Of a stretch of DNA of 64,000 bases, positions 45,501-57,189 are shown one piece after another. The position numbers and the translations under genes were made by a program. The first letter of the stretch is position 1; each line of letters begins with the position of its first letter. The stretch lies in the NCBI GenBank assembly GCA_964106645.2, contig OZ067051.1; one strand, written 5' to 3'. The notes below the pieces were generated by a model that ran no database searches, was not told the DNA's origin, and saw nothing but the letters and a program-made list of their open reading frames with translations. Source of the stretch: Podarcis pityusensis. Its lineage: Eukaryota.

Positions 45501-48500
45501 CTTCAGAGTCCCACCCCCCCCAACTGTTACCCCTTTGACTTGTTCCCTGTCCCTCCTGCTTTTCCACAAAGCATCTTCGGGGCCTTGTTTCTTAGTCCCC
45601 ACCGCCTTCCCATGGGATTTTCTGCCCTTTCGCTTCCCAGCCTCACCCCGACCCACAGATATACTCCTCTATACCTTGTGTTGAGGTATTAATTTCCAGC
45701 TAAGGCTCCCCTACTTTCCCTCTCTTCATGGAACTAGACTGTTAGCTTTGTTCCCAAACTAGCTGGAACTTTTCAGTCAGTTGGTGTTCAAGGTTTTATC
45801 ACCACAAGAACCATATGATACAGATGTCAGCCTCAAGGCCTGCAACCAGCATTCCTTTCCTTCCTGCCTGTCTCCTTCCATCTCTTTTCTCTTTTAATTG
45901 GCCACTTGCCTCCCACTTGCTCCAGGAAGTGGAGCAAAACAAGTTGACTTCATGACCAGTTTCTTGAGATGCTCTCTGTCCTGTTGCTTTATGCCAGTTA
46001 AGCCTATACAAGCCTTTGTTTCACGGGTTATTGCAAAAGCCCCTTGTGAATCACCATGAAGGGGTGCCTGGAGAAGAAATCTCAATTGTCCTCCTCCTTC
46101 ATGGAGTCTCGCTTCTACTAGGTACATCAAAGGTCCCATATTAACAGATTGTCCGCAGAGGTGGACTGCCTGAGTCACCAAGATCTGAAATGACAGGGAG
46201 TGGAGCCCGAGACGCCCCCTGAGTCTTTCCAGGGAAAATGTAACTGTGTCTTCACTTAACCAGGTCCAAGATGCCACCAAGAGGTTAGGCTGTGAAGAAA
46301 TGGGAGGATATGAGCCCTTGAAGGCCCACCCCTTTTTCGACTCCATCACCTGGGAGAATCTGCATCTTCAGACACCACCCAAGCTCACTGCATATTTGCC
46401 CGCAATGTCAGAAGATGATGAGGATTGCTATGGAAATGTAAGTGCAGGCTTTGATACTGATGCCAGGGGAGATCAAAGGTTCCTGAAAGGCAGTTTGCCC
46501 TTGTGAGTGCCTCACATCCTTCTCCATCCATCTCAGTAGTCGCAGTAGGAGTGCCCATCTTGATCTACCATGCTCCATAGAGGTCTTTTCAATACCCTTG
46601 CATCCTTCAAGGGAGAAATAGGCCTGTAGTTCTTGCTCTGGTCTAATCCTTGGCTCCTTTGCCACCCTCACTTTCACTTGTAAAGTTCACATGACCAGAG
46701 GGTGAGAGCAGATACTGAGCTGAAAGCAGAGCTCCTTCCCAGCTTCCTCCCTCTCTCGCAGAATTTCTGCATGCAAGTGGAGGGTTAAAGAGTGATACAT
46801 GCATGTACTGTGAGGAGATAATGAAACAAAGCAAGTAAAAGGAAATGTTCTAATTTCCAGCTGGTTAAAAATATGGGATCGCTGGTGAAATTTGTGAAAG
46901 AGATAGAGGCTTTAAAATTTGGAGACGGGGATTTTTCTGATACATAGATTTAATCAATCAAGGCAGGACTATTGATCATTCAGAAATCAGGAGAAATTTG
47001 AATCCAACACCCCCCTTGACTTGAGTGTCTTAACGTAAGATGGGTAATAAAACAAATTATGTAGATAGTGAATCAAGAAATGAGGCTGCAATCCAAGTCC
47101 CCTCATCTGCCATATCGTAGCATGGGTAGCATGGAAGGATAGGGCAGAGATATCCTTCTGCTGTTCAGAGTGGCTTCAGCAGCACTCCTCCAGCACCACT
47201 GAATTTCTCATGCTGCCTGCCAAATGGGGTATTCTGGAGAGGGAGGACTGAACTGGCTCCACTGCTGTCAGCAGTCTCAGGGTGGATTGTAGGGTGGAGC
47301 AAGGGTTTGCTTGTCCCCACATGTGTCCTAGTTGACATGTGCAATGCTGCCCATCACACTCTACTGTGCCTTACCCAGCTTGGGTAAGGATTGCTCTGAG
47401 GAAATTAGCTGATTTGGAGAAATTAGGTAAAACAACCCTTTATTACGATGCAGAGTGATATCCAGTGTCTCAGTGTCATACTCAATAGTAGACCCATTGA
47501 AATCATTCTACTGGAGCCTCTTGATTTAAATTGGCCTCTTATGACTTGCCAATCACCCATAAAATTTAGTTAAATAGCTGCAGAATATAGGTAAAATCAT
47601 TCCGGTGAAAATCTTGGGAAGCCTACTGATTTTCTTAAGGATAACTGGAAAAGAAAATAGAAAAATTCCAGTACAAACATATGCTGGAAGTGTCAACAGG
47701 AGAAGGGAGGTGATTATTATTAATGCTACTATTAAAAAGTGGAAGCAGATCAAGCATTTTACAGTCTATAGATTATGAAACCTCTCTAGGTCCTGTCCTT
47801 ACTAAATTGTGTTGAAGCCTCATGAGACAGAGCATAAGGAATTAGTCCCATTTGTGAATTGAAGCAAGAATGTTTTTAAGCAAAGAAATGGAGAATATCA
47901 CTAACAGCAGAAGTGGCCAGAAAATGAGTGGGATTTTGCCTTGATAGCAAAAGTGATGTACTGAGTAAAATAAAAGATGGCCACACAGTTACCATATTTT
48001 TCCATGTATAAGACGCCCTCATGTATAAGACGATTTTAAAGCCTAAATTAATAAATAAATAATTGCAACATTCTGTGTATAAGGACCCCCCCCCCCCAAA
48101 AAAAGTTAACTTATTTTTTTGGGGGGGGGAAATATAGTCGTATATTGGAAGCTGTTTGTTTTCTTACAGATGAAATGTGTTGCTTTCCTCAAGTATGGGC
48201 TTACAGTGTTTATACAGCGTAAACACATGTACTAGTAGCATTTAAAGAGAGCATGCAGAATAATAAATAAATAATATAACATTGGTTATATCCATTGTTA
48301 GTCACATTCATTGGCACATCAAATTTAGGCCCATTAATGTTACTGGATTCACTCTTGAAGACAACTTGGATATTATGTTGGCAGAAATATTGGTCAGAAG
48401 AAAAGGGTAAGATGCCACATACTTTCCCCCCATTTATTCTGAAAACTGTCTTTCTTGTTTTGATAGTATGACAATCTCCTGAGTCAGTTTGGCTGCCTGC

Positions 48501-50807
48501 AAGTGTCTGGCTCTGCCTCTTCTCAGTCCTTGTCTTCCCCGGAGACGTCCACCCCACAAACCTCAGGCAGCAGCAACAACATAGAGCAATACATTCACAA
48601 CCTCGACAGCAATTCCTTTGAGCTGGACCTCCAGTTCTCTGAAAAGGAGAAAAGGTTACTCTTGGCAAAGCAGGCTGGTGGAAATCCCTGGTAAGCACTG
48701 CGGGGTGTGGGGTTTTTCCCCCATAGAGTGGCTTATGCAAATGTGTGTGCGCGCATGTGCTTGCACTTGCTTTCTCTCCCCCTCCCTCCCCCTCTCTTGA
48801 GTGACGTCTTACTCCACAAATAAAGTTCAGCTTCATCACTCTTGCACCTCACTAACAATGGAGGGTGGCAGAATCTTGGGCTTTAGAAAAGAGGGGAAAA
48901 GGGCCATTTGAATTGGCCAGAGCTTAGAAATGCAGCCAATTTCTGCCATGGGATCTCACCCAGAGCTGACAGTCCCATAAAAGTGCTGCTAGAGACCTTT
49001 TTCCTCTGCATGCTGAGCACAATGCCCTTAGCAGGGAGCGCCCATCTGCCTGCTGGCTACTTTTCCTCCTCTCACTGACACTCTGTCTCTAAAAGCCTGT
49101 AAGTGGATGGCTTGGCAATGAATGATGGATTGATGGAAATAACACAAGGTGATGTTTTCTTCTCAGGCACCAGTTTGTAGAAAATAATCTAATACTGAAA
49201 ATGGGTCCAGTTGACAAACGGAAGGTAAGTCACCTTATCCTGTGCCTCGGATTCATTCTCTAAATGATTGTACTTGTGAGTCTAAAGTACTTGGGGATAT
49301 GAAATAAAAAAACCTGCAGAGTAGTGGAGGAGAAAGAAACATATGCTAAGAGAAACCAAAAGCAGATTATCTAAATGTAGTAGTTTGTGGTGGGGAGTGT
49401 AACCCTGTTTGTTCTCCTTGACCTGCACATTTCATAATTTTATTTGTATGCTCTTCCATGTGTACCAGGTGGTTGGTAATTAGGTAACTAAAAAATTAAA
49501 TGAAAACCAGCGGGGAGGGAGAGAGGCCTTCTAGTGTTTTGCAGAGCCTGCCATATATTTGACTATCTCCCCACTGGGCAGAAGTTGTGGGTGTATCTAG
49601 AGTACAGTGAGCTCCAGGAACAAGTTGGTTCCCAGACCTGGAAACGGCAAAAGAGGCAGAGAGAGTGTTGGATGGGGTCTTCAGGGAGGTCCCACTCCCA
49701 TGATGACAGTTCCCCTGCTGTCATAGGGAATGAGAGTGTTGCCTAGAAGAGAGTTTGAGCTTTGAAGACCTTTCATCATTTGTCCAAAATTTGGTTTGGA
49801 GACTGTTGCAGGAAAGGCAAAAAATATAATAGGTACTTCCCCTTGCTCGTCCTGTGAGCTGGTTGTGCTGCATGTGGTAAAGGTGGAGAGGCAGAGGAAA
49901 CTAGCTTCTCAGAAGATGTTGTGATGATCCCTTTGTGCTCTATAACAAGAGCGTTGAGTCCTAAGCAGTATCCTGTGATGGTGCTAGAATCCTGCCTTTC
50001 TTGACCCTTTCTTTGAAGCTGCTGGCCTGCAGCGCTGGCTAACTCTAAGTGTTGTGTCCTCCTCTGCAGGGGCTCTTTGCTCGCAGGCGTCAGCTGCTGC
50101 TCACTGAAGGGCCACACTTGTACTATGTGGACCCTGTCAACAAAATTCTGAAAGGAGAAATCCCTTGGTCGCTGGAACTCCGGCCGGAAGCCAAGAACTT
50201 CAAGACCTTCTTTGTTCACACAGTAAGTGACCCCTTCCTGCTGACAAGTTCTGACTTCACCGGTCCTGTTCTGTGGGCTCTTGCAGGTGTGGTATTAGCA
50301 GGGCCCATTCAGCTGCCAGTGCTTACTGGGAGGTGCTGGAGGTGTTGAGGAAGGTCTGGAGGTGTTAATTGGCTGTGGGATCCTTCCCCTTTTTTGAAAA
50401 ATGGATCTAGAACTTCCTGAAGTAGCAGCTCCCCAGTGACACAGCTCCACACACTGATGACTCTTGTTCTTTCTCAGGCCAGAGTTGGCTCACACAGCCA
50501 CCCCTGCCTTTTAATAGCTCCTGCCCGTTGTCTGGTTTTTACAGTGGGAGACTTCTGATGTACAAAGTGCTGTGTGCAGCCTTCATCCCCAGGGGAGGGA
50601 GGGGAGGCCCAAGCCCATGCATTGCCTGCTGGCCTTGGTCAGCTTAGTTAGGTTCTTGCTGCAGGAATGAGTAGGCACTAAACCTTTGTTTACTTGTAGC
50701 CTAACAGGACATACTACCTGATGGACCCAAGTGGGAACGCTCATAAATGGTGCAAAAAGATACACGAGGTTTGGCGACACATATACCACCAGAACACTGC
50801 GAAATGA
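35573..50807 (+). CDS. PDPK1: 3-phosphoinositide-dependent protein kinase 1, 553 aa: join(35573..35596,39504..39758,40560..40602,40814..40951,42203..42347,43133..43230,43691..43766,45064..45132,45282..45378,46264..46437,48467..48690,49167..49224,50070..50222,50700..50807)
   Basis: 1662 nt in frame. [31 protein letters not shown] and the PH domain [14 protein letters not shown] are all intact. Confidence 0.97.
39504..39758 (+). CDS. PDPK1: PDPK1 exon 2
   Basis: [21 protein letters not shown]...[21 protein letters not shown]|gtgagt. Confidence 0.96.
40560..40602 (+). CDS. PDPK1: PDPK1 exon 3
   Basis: [14 protein letters not shown]|gtgagt. Confidence 0.95.
40814..40951 (+). CDS. PDPK1: PDPK1 exon 4
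   Basis: (I)[45 protein letters not shown]|gtatcctt. Confidence 0.95.
40952..42202 (+). other. U12-type (minor spliceosome) GT-AG intron, PDPK1 intron 4
   Basis: 5' site GTATCCTT; branch point TCCTTAAC at 42184-42191, about 10 nt before the AG; no polypyrimidine tract. Confidence 0.93.
41449..42057. mobile_element. Non-autonomous Tc2/pogo-like DNA transposon with GC-rich internal repeats
   Basis: TIRs ccatattggcccgaatataagc / gcttatattctggccaatacgg|ta; repeated accagct(a/g)gg(g)a units inside. Confidence 0.8.
42203..42347 (+). CDS. PDPK1: PDPK1 exon 5
   Basis: (Y)[47 protein letters not shown](R). Confidence 0.96.
42465..42507. repeat. (GCAA)n microsatellite
   Basis: About 10 units. Confidence 0.9.
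43133..43230 (+). CDS. PDPK1: PDPK1 exon 6
   Basis: [32 protein letters not shown]|gtgcgt. Confidence 0.96.
43691..43766 (+). CDS. PDPK1: PDPK1 exon 7
   Basis: (A)[24 protein letters not shown]. Confidence 0.96.
44193..44711. mobile_element. Non-autonomous hAT element
   Basis: TIRs taggcctgggcgatat / atatcgctcagcccta; 8-bp TSD ttgggact/ttgggacc. Confidence 0.82.
45064..45132 (+). CDS. PDPK1: PDPK1 exon 8
   Basis: [22 protein letters not shown](G). Confidence 0.96.
45282..45378 (+). CDS. PDPK1: PDPK1 exon 9
   Basis: [32 protein letters not shown]. Confidence 0.96.
46264..46437 (+). CDS. PDPK1: PDPK1 exon 10
   Basis: [25 protein letters not shown]...[10 protein letters not shown]. Confidence 0.96.
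48467..48690 (+). CDS. PDPK1: PDPK1 exon 11
   Basis: [13 protein letters not shown]...[21 protein letters not shown]...GGNP(W). Confidence 0.96.
49167..49224 (+). CDS. PDPK1: PDPK1 exon 12
   Basis: [19 protein letters not shown]. Confidence 0.96.
50070..50222 (+). CDS. PDPK1: PDPK1 exon 13
   Basis: [22 protein letters not shown]...[10 protein letters not shown]. Confidence 0.96.
50700..50807 (+). CDS. PDPK1: PDPK1 exon 14, coding part
   Basis: [35 protein letters not shown]. Candidate distal AATAAA at 54229 and 54384 would give a ~3.5-kb 3' UTR. Confidence 0.95.
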   Translation, partial: PNRTYYLMDPSGNAHKWCKKIHEVWRHIYHQNTAK

Positions 50808-53800
50808 GACTGCCCCCACCCCCAGTGCCCTGCCTCCCTCCTTGCTGCTAGAGCGCCACATGCTCCCAGCCTGAGGACTCCTCCCAGCCCAGCCTACATC
50901 CATCTCCAGGGCCAAAACTAGTTCCTTCTCTAAGGAAAAGCCCAACCAATGGAATTCAGGGTCGCTTTGCTTGCTTTTGTGCTTCTGTTGAGGCTTCCAA
51001 ACACACACACACTTGCACAGCTCTCTTTGCTGCCGTGAGAGACTCCCTTGGCTTCTGCTGCAAACTGCTGACTTCAGTGTAGATGAGTTAAGCCAAGCCA
51101 CGCGCACAGCCCAGATCATGTGGGGCGGGATTATTACTGTGACTTTCCGATTTTATCATGCAACTGTGTTTCGTCAGGGAGCTTTGAAACATCTCCGTGT
51201 GAGAGGCCACCATTGTTTCTGCTGCCACTTCCTCCCTTCTAGTTGGTCTCTAGTTGGTATCCAGCACTTGTAACCGCTGCTGCAAGCGGATGGAGGCCCT
51301 TGCCGAACCCTTCAGGCCGTGTCCAGTTGCAGGATTCTCCATGGATGGTACTTCTAATTGCATGTTTTGCAGATAGATACACTCCGGCACAGGTGGTAAG
51401 AGAGGGAAAATTTGAATGTGGCACTTAATCCTGGAAATCAAATTTCATACAATTTTAAACATGGAATTTTAATTTGATGCATTTACATGTTGAACTAAGG
51501 AGCATTAAAGTTACCAGCATGCTTTTAACTAATACTAACTGAGAGGTTGCCTAGTTAGTACCAAGCTGTATTGATGTAGTAAATAGACTCTTCACCTTTT
51601 CCGAAGAGGGGGAGGGGGAGCAAGCTGGTTCTTTCCAGGGTGGAGCACTGCAGGGGGCTGGCCTGTTGTGCCTGGGGAGAGAAGCGCGGTTGTACAACTG
51701 ATGACTTGATTTGTTGTCTCTTTGTATAATGAGGTGTACAAATATATTCCTGTCTTGTTCAATGGCAAAGCGTCAGACCTTTTAGCAACTTTGAAAATAT
51801 TTTACATGATTTAAATATATTTAAGCCCCTCCACTAATCAGACTAATTGTTGTGTTTATGTAAAAATGTTGATACAAAGGAGGGGAAGTGTATGGTACTT
51901 GAGTCATATCTATCAAATGTTTCATATCGTTCTTTTGTCCTTTTCCTATTAAACTGTTATGGTCAAACATTTCTTGTAACATAGCAAAGATATTGCTTTC
52001 TCACTGCAAGCATCCTTTTTCTATGGTGTGCTCTGATATCTGGGTAGCCTAAGCTTTTTTGCAGGGAGGGGAACAGGTTCTTGCCCAGACACCAGTTCTC
52101 TTCCTCACCCCCCAAAAGTACTGGTACCACTTCTGTTCACTTTTCACTTGTACCGTAAGAGAGAATATTTCACTAGTGCTGAGCAAGAGGTGTCAGATTT
52201 AGGTTCCATTTTGAAGGTGAGGGTTTCTCTTGCCCTTAAAGTCAGGAGTAGACTTGGAAGTGGAGACTGTCTGGTTGTTGCTGGAAAGAAGAGAATCCGC
52301 TCTTTTCAAAGTTCCACCAGCACAAGGTGAATAGCACTTCTGGAGCAGATGAGGCTGGTCTACTGTTATCTCTAGTTCTGTCTACAAGTTGGACCATTTT
52401 TCCTGTAAAGCTTTGACACACCCACATGTTTGTTTGTTCATACATGCACACTGTCTGCAATAGCCATCACATGGAACATGGATTTATTATTTTCCTGTAG
52501 CCAGGCAATGCAACCATGACTCTTAACAAGCCACCAGAAGTAGTGGAGCCAAGTAGAAGTGCTTTTGGCAGTGAGAATCCCCCTCCAACAGCTGTCAATC
52601 ATGCTGGTTGTTTTTCTTCCTTCCCCCCACCCCTTGGTAAAACTGAATCCCATTGGGTGAAACCAAGCGGCAACTTAGCATCCCCCACAACTGTGTTAGA
52701 TTGTCTCAGGAGAGGTGCTGGGAAGCTCCTCTCTGGAAAATGATGACACACGCAGATTTGACTTCTCCCATGGATGATAATTGTTCTGCACAATTCATCT
52801 CTCTAATGATTCAAGGAGTCTTTCTAGTAAGAAATGTCCAGCGACACTATTATGTTGGCAGAACTGCTCTGCGACTGCACCAGAGGACACATTTTTCTGT
52901 TTGGCTTGCCTAAATTTGCTGGCTGCATCCTGCTATTTACTTGGATTAAGAGGAAGCATCTCTGCCCCATTAAAAATGGTGTCCCATCTCTTCCTGACAA
53001 GCAGTCTCTCCGAGCCTTGAGAAGAGCCAGGGGGAGGACCATAAGAACAATAGCACTAAAGGGGAAGAGTCAGTTTGGACCAAGGGGGAACAGACAGGAG
53101 GAGCAGAGAAGGGGAAAGAGATCCAGTCATCTCACTTTCACAGCAGGTCTGAAGCTTCGAAAGGCAAGAGAACGGAAATGCTGGTTCAGGTGGCTGAGTG
53201 GACACCTTTAGAATAGGTGACAATATAATTCAAGTCTGGACTAGGGTTGAGGTATCTAGTTAACAGCACTCTCCATACTCTTGCTCTCAAGTAAATCATC
53301 TCTCTTCAGCCACTTTCAGGACAAGTGCAATAGTCTTAAAAGCCGTGTTTGTCACAGTTCACACTGCTGCAAATATTAGACCTTGGGAGGCAGGTAGCAT
53401 TTTGCTGCTGCATTTGACTGGATTACTAAACTGCTTTGAGGGGTGGTTGTGGTTGTTGTTTTTACAATCAAGTGTATATAAATAAACCACACATAAGGCT
53501 GAGTGTTTTGGAAAAGTTCTGTTCGAATTACCACATAGACAACACCATCAGGTATTTGGTCCAGGAAGACAAGCTGGGTCTGCTAACTCGTAAAATGCTG
53601 GCACAAACCTTTTGTGCCCCAAACCCAGCCTCTGACTCTGCTTCTCACTTGCCTCAGATTCACCCATCTTCTGCATTGTGAAAGAACTAGAATTGTTTGG
53701 AAGCTTCCCATCAGTTAAGGAGCGAACTAATGTGTGAAAAGCTTGTTTCAGTTTATGCAAACTTGTTTCTGAAGTCCATGAAGCTCAAAGTGAAAGTTCC

Positions 53801-54742
53801 AAATGGGAAGCTCTGGGTTTTTCAGGAATTAATTCTGGTTATAGAAATAAACATGAGACCTAGGTTAGTATATTCAGTGATGAATTATTTCATGGGGTAG
53901 TGATATAAATTAGCTTGGGATAGCTAATTCTTTTCTACAATTATTATAAGCAATTGCAACCTTTTGGTATGCATGGTACTTAGAAGCAAATCCCACTGAG
54001 TCTATGGGACCTACTCCCAGGTAAGTGTACATAGGAGTGCACATACTTTTAAGTGGTGATCAAGCTGAACTCTCCAATAGTAAAAGTTGTAACAATATCC
54101 AGTTTTATTGCTACTTCATAGTTACATTATAGGGGTATTTATTTCTGAGCTTTTTCCTCTTAAAAATTGAGTTCCTTCTGTTGCTGCATGATGATGCTTA
54201 TGTCTGCATACTGTTTCTAATCCCAGATAATAAAACCCTCCTGTTTATTATGGTGATTGTTTCAAGTTTCAACTTTTTTATTTCCTCATTTCTTTCTAAG
54301 TGGAAAACCTAAGAGTTGTATAACTTAAGATGCAGCAGCTTGCAGTTTCATCTCTAACACACAGCATTTGTATTGCATGTTTGAATAAAACATATCTGCG
54401 CTTCATTCACGTTCCCAAAATAGCAAAGCAAATTTAGGTTTAGATAAGTAAACATTGCATATTCCATGGTTCAAAACTTCTGAATTCCCCTATCTGCATT
54501 ACATATTGCCAGTATGGAAACTGCTGAAGAAAAATGTTGATCCATCTTTAAAGCAAAATACTGGTGGATCCTCCATGTCTTCCTGTATCAATCTGGCAAT
54601 GGATTGGGAGACTCTCTCTCTCTCTCTCTCTCCATGTCCCACAATCCACATTGGCTTGCATCATTCACTTATTTTCCAGGAGCTGGGTAGGTGGAAGCAG
54701 GCCAGTCTCCAGTTCCCAGCCCCTTTTTTGTGTGAGGGCCAT

Positions 54743-55174
54743 TGTCAGGGAACTGACATCGGAGCTAGAGGCGGAGGGAAGGCTCTCAAATGATGCTGGA
54801 GAAGGGCCCAGCAGGGAGAGAGGCAGCTCAGCAGATGGGGAAGCAAATCAGCGCAACACCAGGGATAAAGGGGGGCAGATGGGGGAATCGGTGAGAGGGC
54901 TCCAGGACTCTTCACCGGCCACCAGCGGGGAGAGCACGGGTCCTCCGCTACCCACGCCCTCCCTGCGCAGAAGGCTTCCGCGCAGGGAGAGTAGGAGGAG
55001 ACTTGGCGTCAAACAACTTTTATGTTGGAAAAGGTTTAAGAAACGCCCACTGACAGATTCTGCTAGCGACTGAGGCAGCCACGAAGTGAAGGGCTGTCCA
55101 GACATAAAGGTTTAACAAGGCAACATAGCCAGGAGAGGCGGCAACTTACGCACGAGCAACCCATACTCATTACA
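54743..55174 (+). mobile_element. Solo LTR (Gypsy-like), 432 bp
   Basis: TGTCA...TTACA termini with a perfect 5-bp TSD GCCAT (54738-54742, 55175-55179). Orientation inferred from the internal frame only. Confidence 0.8.
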
Positions 55175-56143
55175 GCCATGTATTGTCATATTGTGGCCCA
55201 GAAGTGGCTGCTGGGTCCTGAGTGGGAAAAGAACACACAGGCCCCATTATGCTGCGTTAGAGTAAGGCTTGCAGTGTCAAACATTACTCCCCCCCACAAA
55301 GGTATTTTAAAAGCTGCTTTTTAGGTTTAAGGCTATCCTTTCAAAGAAATGAGGGCTATAATGGCCAACATCAAATCAGTGTATTCATGAGGATGCAGCC
55401 AGTGCTATATCCCCCCAGCAGAGGACATTTCCACCCACCCTGGCAGCAAAACTCCTGCCATGTGTTATTCTGCTAACCGTGAAGCCCCGAGCCAGTCCAG
55501 GCAATGTGAATGTGATCCATTTCTTTTGGGGTTTAGGCCCAACTTTGGCACAAAAACTGCTTTAGTGGCCCTGTATGATGATCTCTGTCAGAAGAGAGAG
55601 GAAATATGCCTCTTCTCGACCTGTCAGCAGCTTTCAATGCTATCAGCCATGGTATCCTTCTGGAGTGGCTGCCCAAGTTAGTGGTGGTTGGCACCACTTT
55701 CTGCATGATCATTTCCAGAGGTGATGCTTGGGGAGTGCTCTTCGGCTCTGTGGAGCCTTCAGTGCGGCGTTCCTCAGGGATCGATTTTATCCCCCATGCT
55801 ACATGAAGCAGCTGAGGGGTTATCTGGAGTTTCGTAGTATGCTCATCAATATGTGGATGACACACAGCTCTACTCCTTTACATCTGCAGGTGAGGCAGTG
55901 GATGTGCTGGATTGTTGTCATGCCTTCGTAATGGCCTGGATGAGAGCCAACAAACTGAAGCTTAATCCTGATAAGAATGAGGCACTGTTAGTGGGCAGTT
56001 CCCTAGATCAGATGGATGGGAGGTTGCCTGCTCTTGAGGGAGTTTTAACTCCCTCTAAAGGAGCTGATGCACAGCTTGAGGGTACTTCTAGATCCATTGC
56101 TGTCACTTGAGGCTCAAGTGGTCTCGGTTGCACAGAGTGCCTT

Positions 56144-56278
56144 AGAATTATAGAATTGTAGAGTTGGAAGGGACCCTGAGGGCAATCTAGTCCAAGCCCC
56201 TGCAATGCTGGAATATGTAGGTGTCCCATATGAGGATCAAACCCAGGACCTTGGCATTATTAGCACCATGCTCTAACC
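56144..56278 (-). mobile_element. tRNA-Ile-derived SINE with a CR1-type tail, nested in L2
   Basis: Minus strand ggttagagcatggtgctaataatgccaaggtcctgggtttgatcc (tRNA-Ile-AAT-like), then a CR1 3' end with an attct(a) tail. It splits the L2 sequence gagtgcctt|ccatcagctt. Confidence 0.8.
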
Positions 56279-56703
56279 ATCAGCTTAGACTGGTGGCCCA
56301 GCTGCACCCCTGTTTGGACAGGAATAGCCTAACTTCAGTTGATTATGCTCTGGTAACCTCTAGGTTAGATTACTGCAATGTGTTATAGGCAGGGCTGCCT
56401 CTGAAGATGGTTTGAAAATGTCAGTGGGCACAGAATTCAGGAGTCTGGTTGTTCACCAGGACAATATGCTTTGAGCATATAACACTGATCCTTTCCCAAC
56501 TACCAGTAAGTTTCCAGGCCCAATTCAAAGTGCTGGTTTTGACCTATAAAGCCTTAAAAACTACTCAGGACCTCAAGGGTATGAACTTCTGATATGAACT
56601 GAGGCCCTTCGTGTGCCTCCTTTGTGAGAGGCCCAGAAGGTGGCAACATGAGAACAGGCCTTTTCTGCAGAGGCTCCTCCTTTATGTTTTGTGCCTTCAG
56701 TAC

Positions 56704-56962
56704 TGTTAAGTTGTGGGTGAACATATCAGCGATTTGAACGACACAGCGATTCTTCAAACAGCTCTTGTTTATTCACAGGCCAGAACAGAACTGAAGGGTT
56801 CAGCCAGCCTGCTTATATAGAGCAAGGCAACAGTAACTACTTTCTGTAACTATCCAATCACTGAATGTCACTTTCAATCCCTTATTTGCATATGTGGACC
56901 TGAGTGAAAAATATCTACAGTATCCCCCTGCTGGACCAGGGTGAAAACTTCAGTAAATAACA
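56704..56962 (-). mobile_element. Solo LTR, 259 bp
   Basis: TGTT...AACA termini; TSD agtac/attac (4 of 5). On the minus strand: octamer, CCAAT, TATA (56813-56820), then AATAAA (56768-56773). Confidence 0.7.
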
Positions 56963-57189
56963 ATTACAAATTAGTAGGTGCCAGGCAAAAAACATTCCTC
57001 TTCTCCCAGGCCTTTGGCTGATTGATCCAAGGTTTTTAAAAAAAAATGGGGGGGGGGGTATTGTTTTTTGTTTACTGCTATGTTACGTGCTTTTGTGCTA
57101 TAAACTGCCCTGTAAGCCTAAAATGAAGGGCGGTACAGAAATTCAATTTAACTAAATAAATGTGGGCATAGATTGGGTATTGACATGCC

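Larger units (their letters stand above)
55513..57162 (+). mobile_element. Degraded L2-clade LINE (RT domain to 3' tail) interrupted by a SINE and a solo LTR
   Basis: GFRPNFGTKTAL, LLDLSAAF, DDTQLY, WMRANKLKLNPDK and LVTSRLDYCN motifs with frameshifts. Confidence 0.85.

Noticed and set aside
35573-50807. PDPK1 as a pseudogene because of its N-lobe substitutions
   Set aside because: All 14 exons, splice sites, frame and catalytic residues are intact, and it has a CpG-island promoter.
56223-56278. tRNA-Ile gene on the minus strand
   Set aside because: 5'-truncated, mutated and fused to a CR1-type tail, so it is a SINE head.
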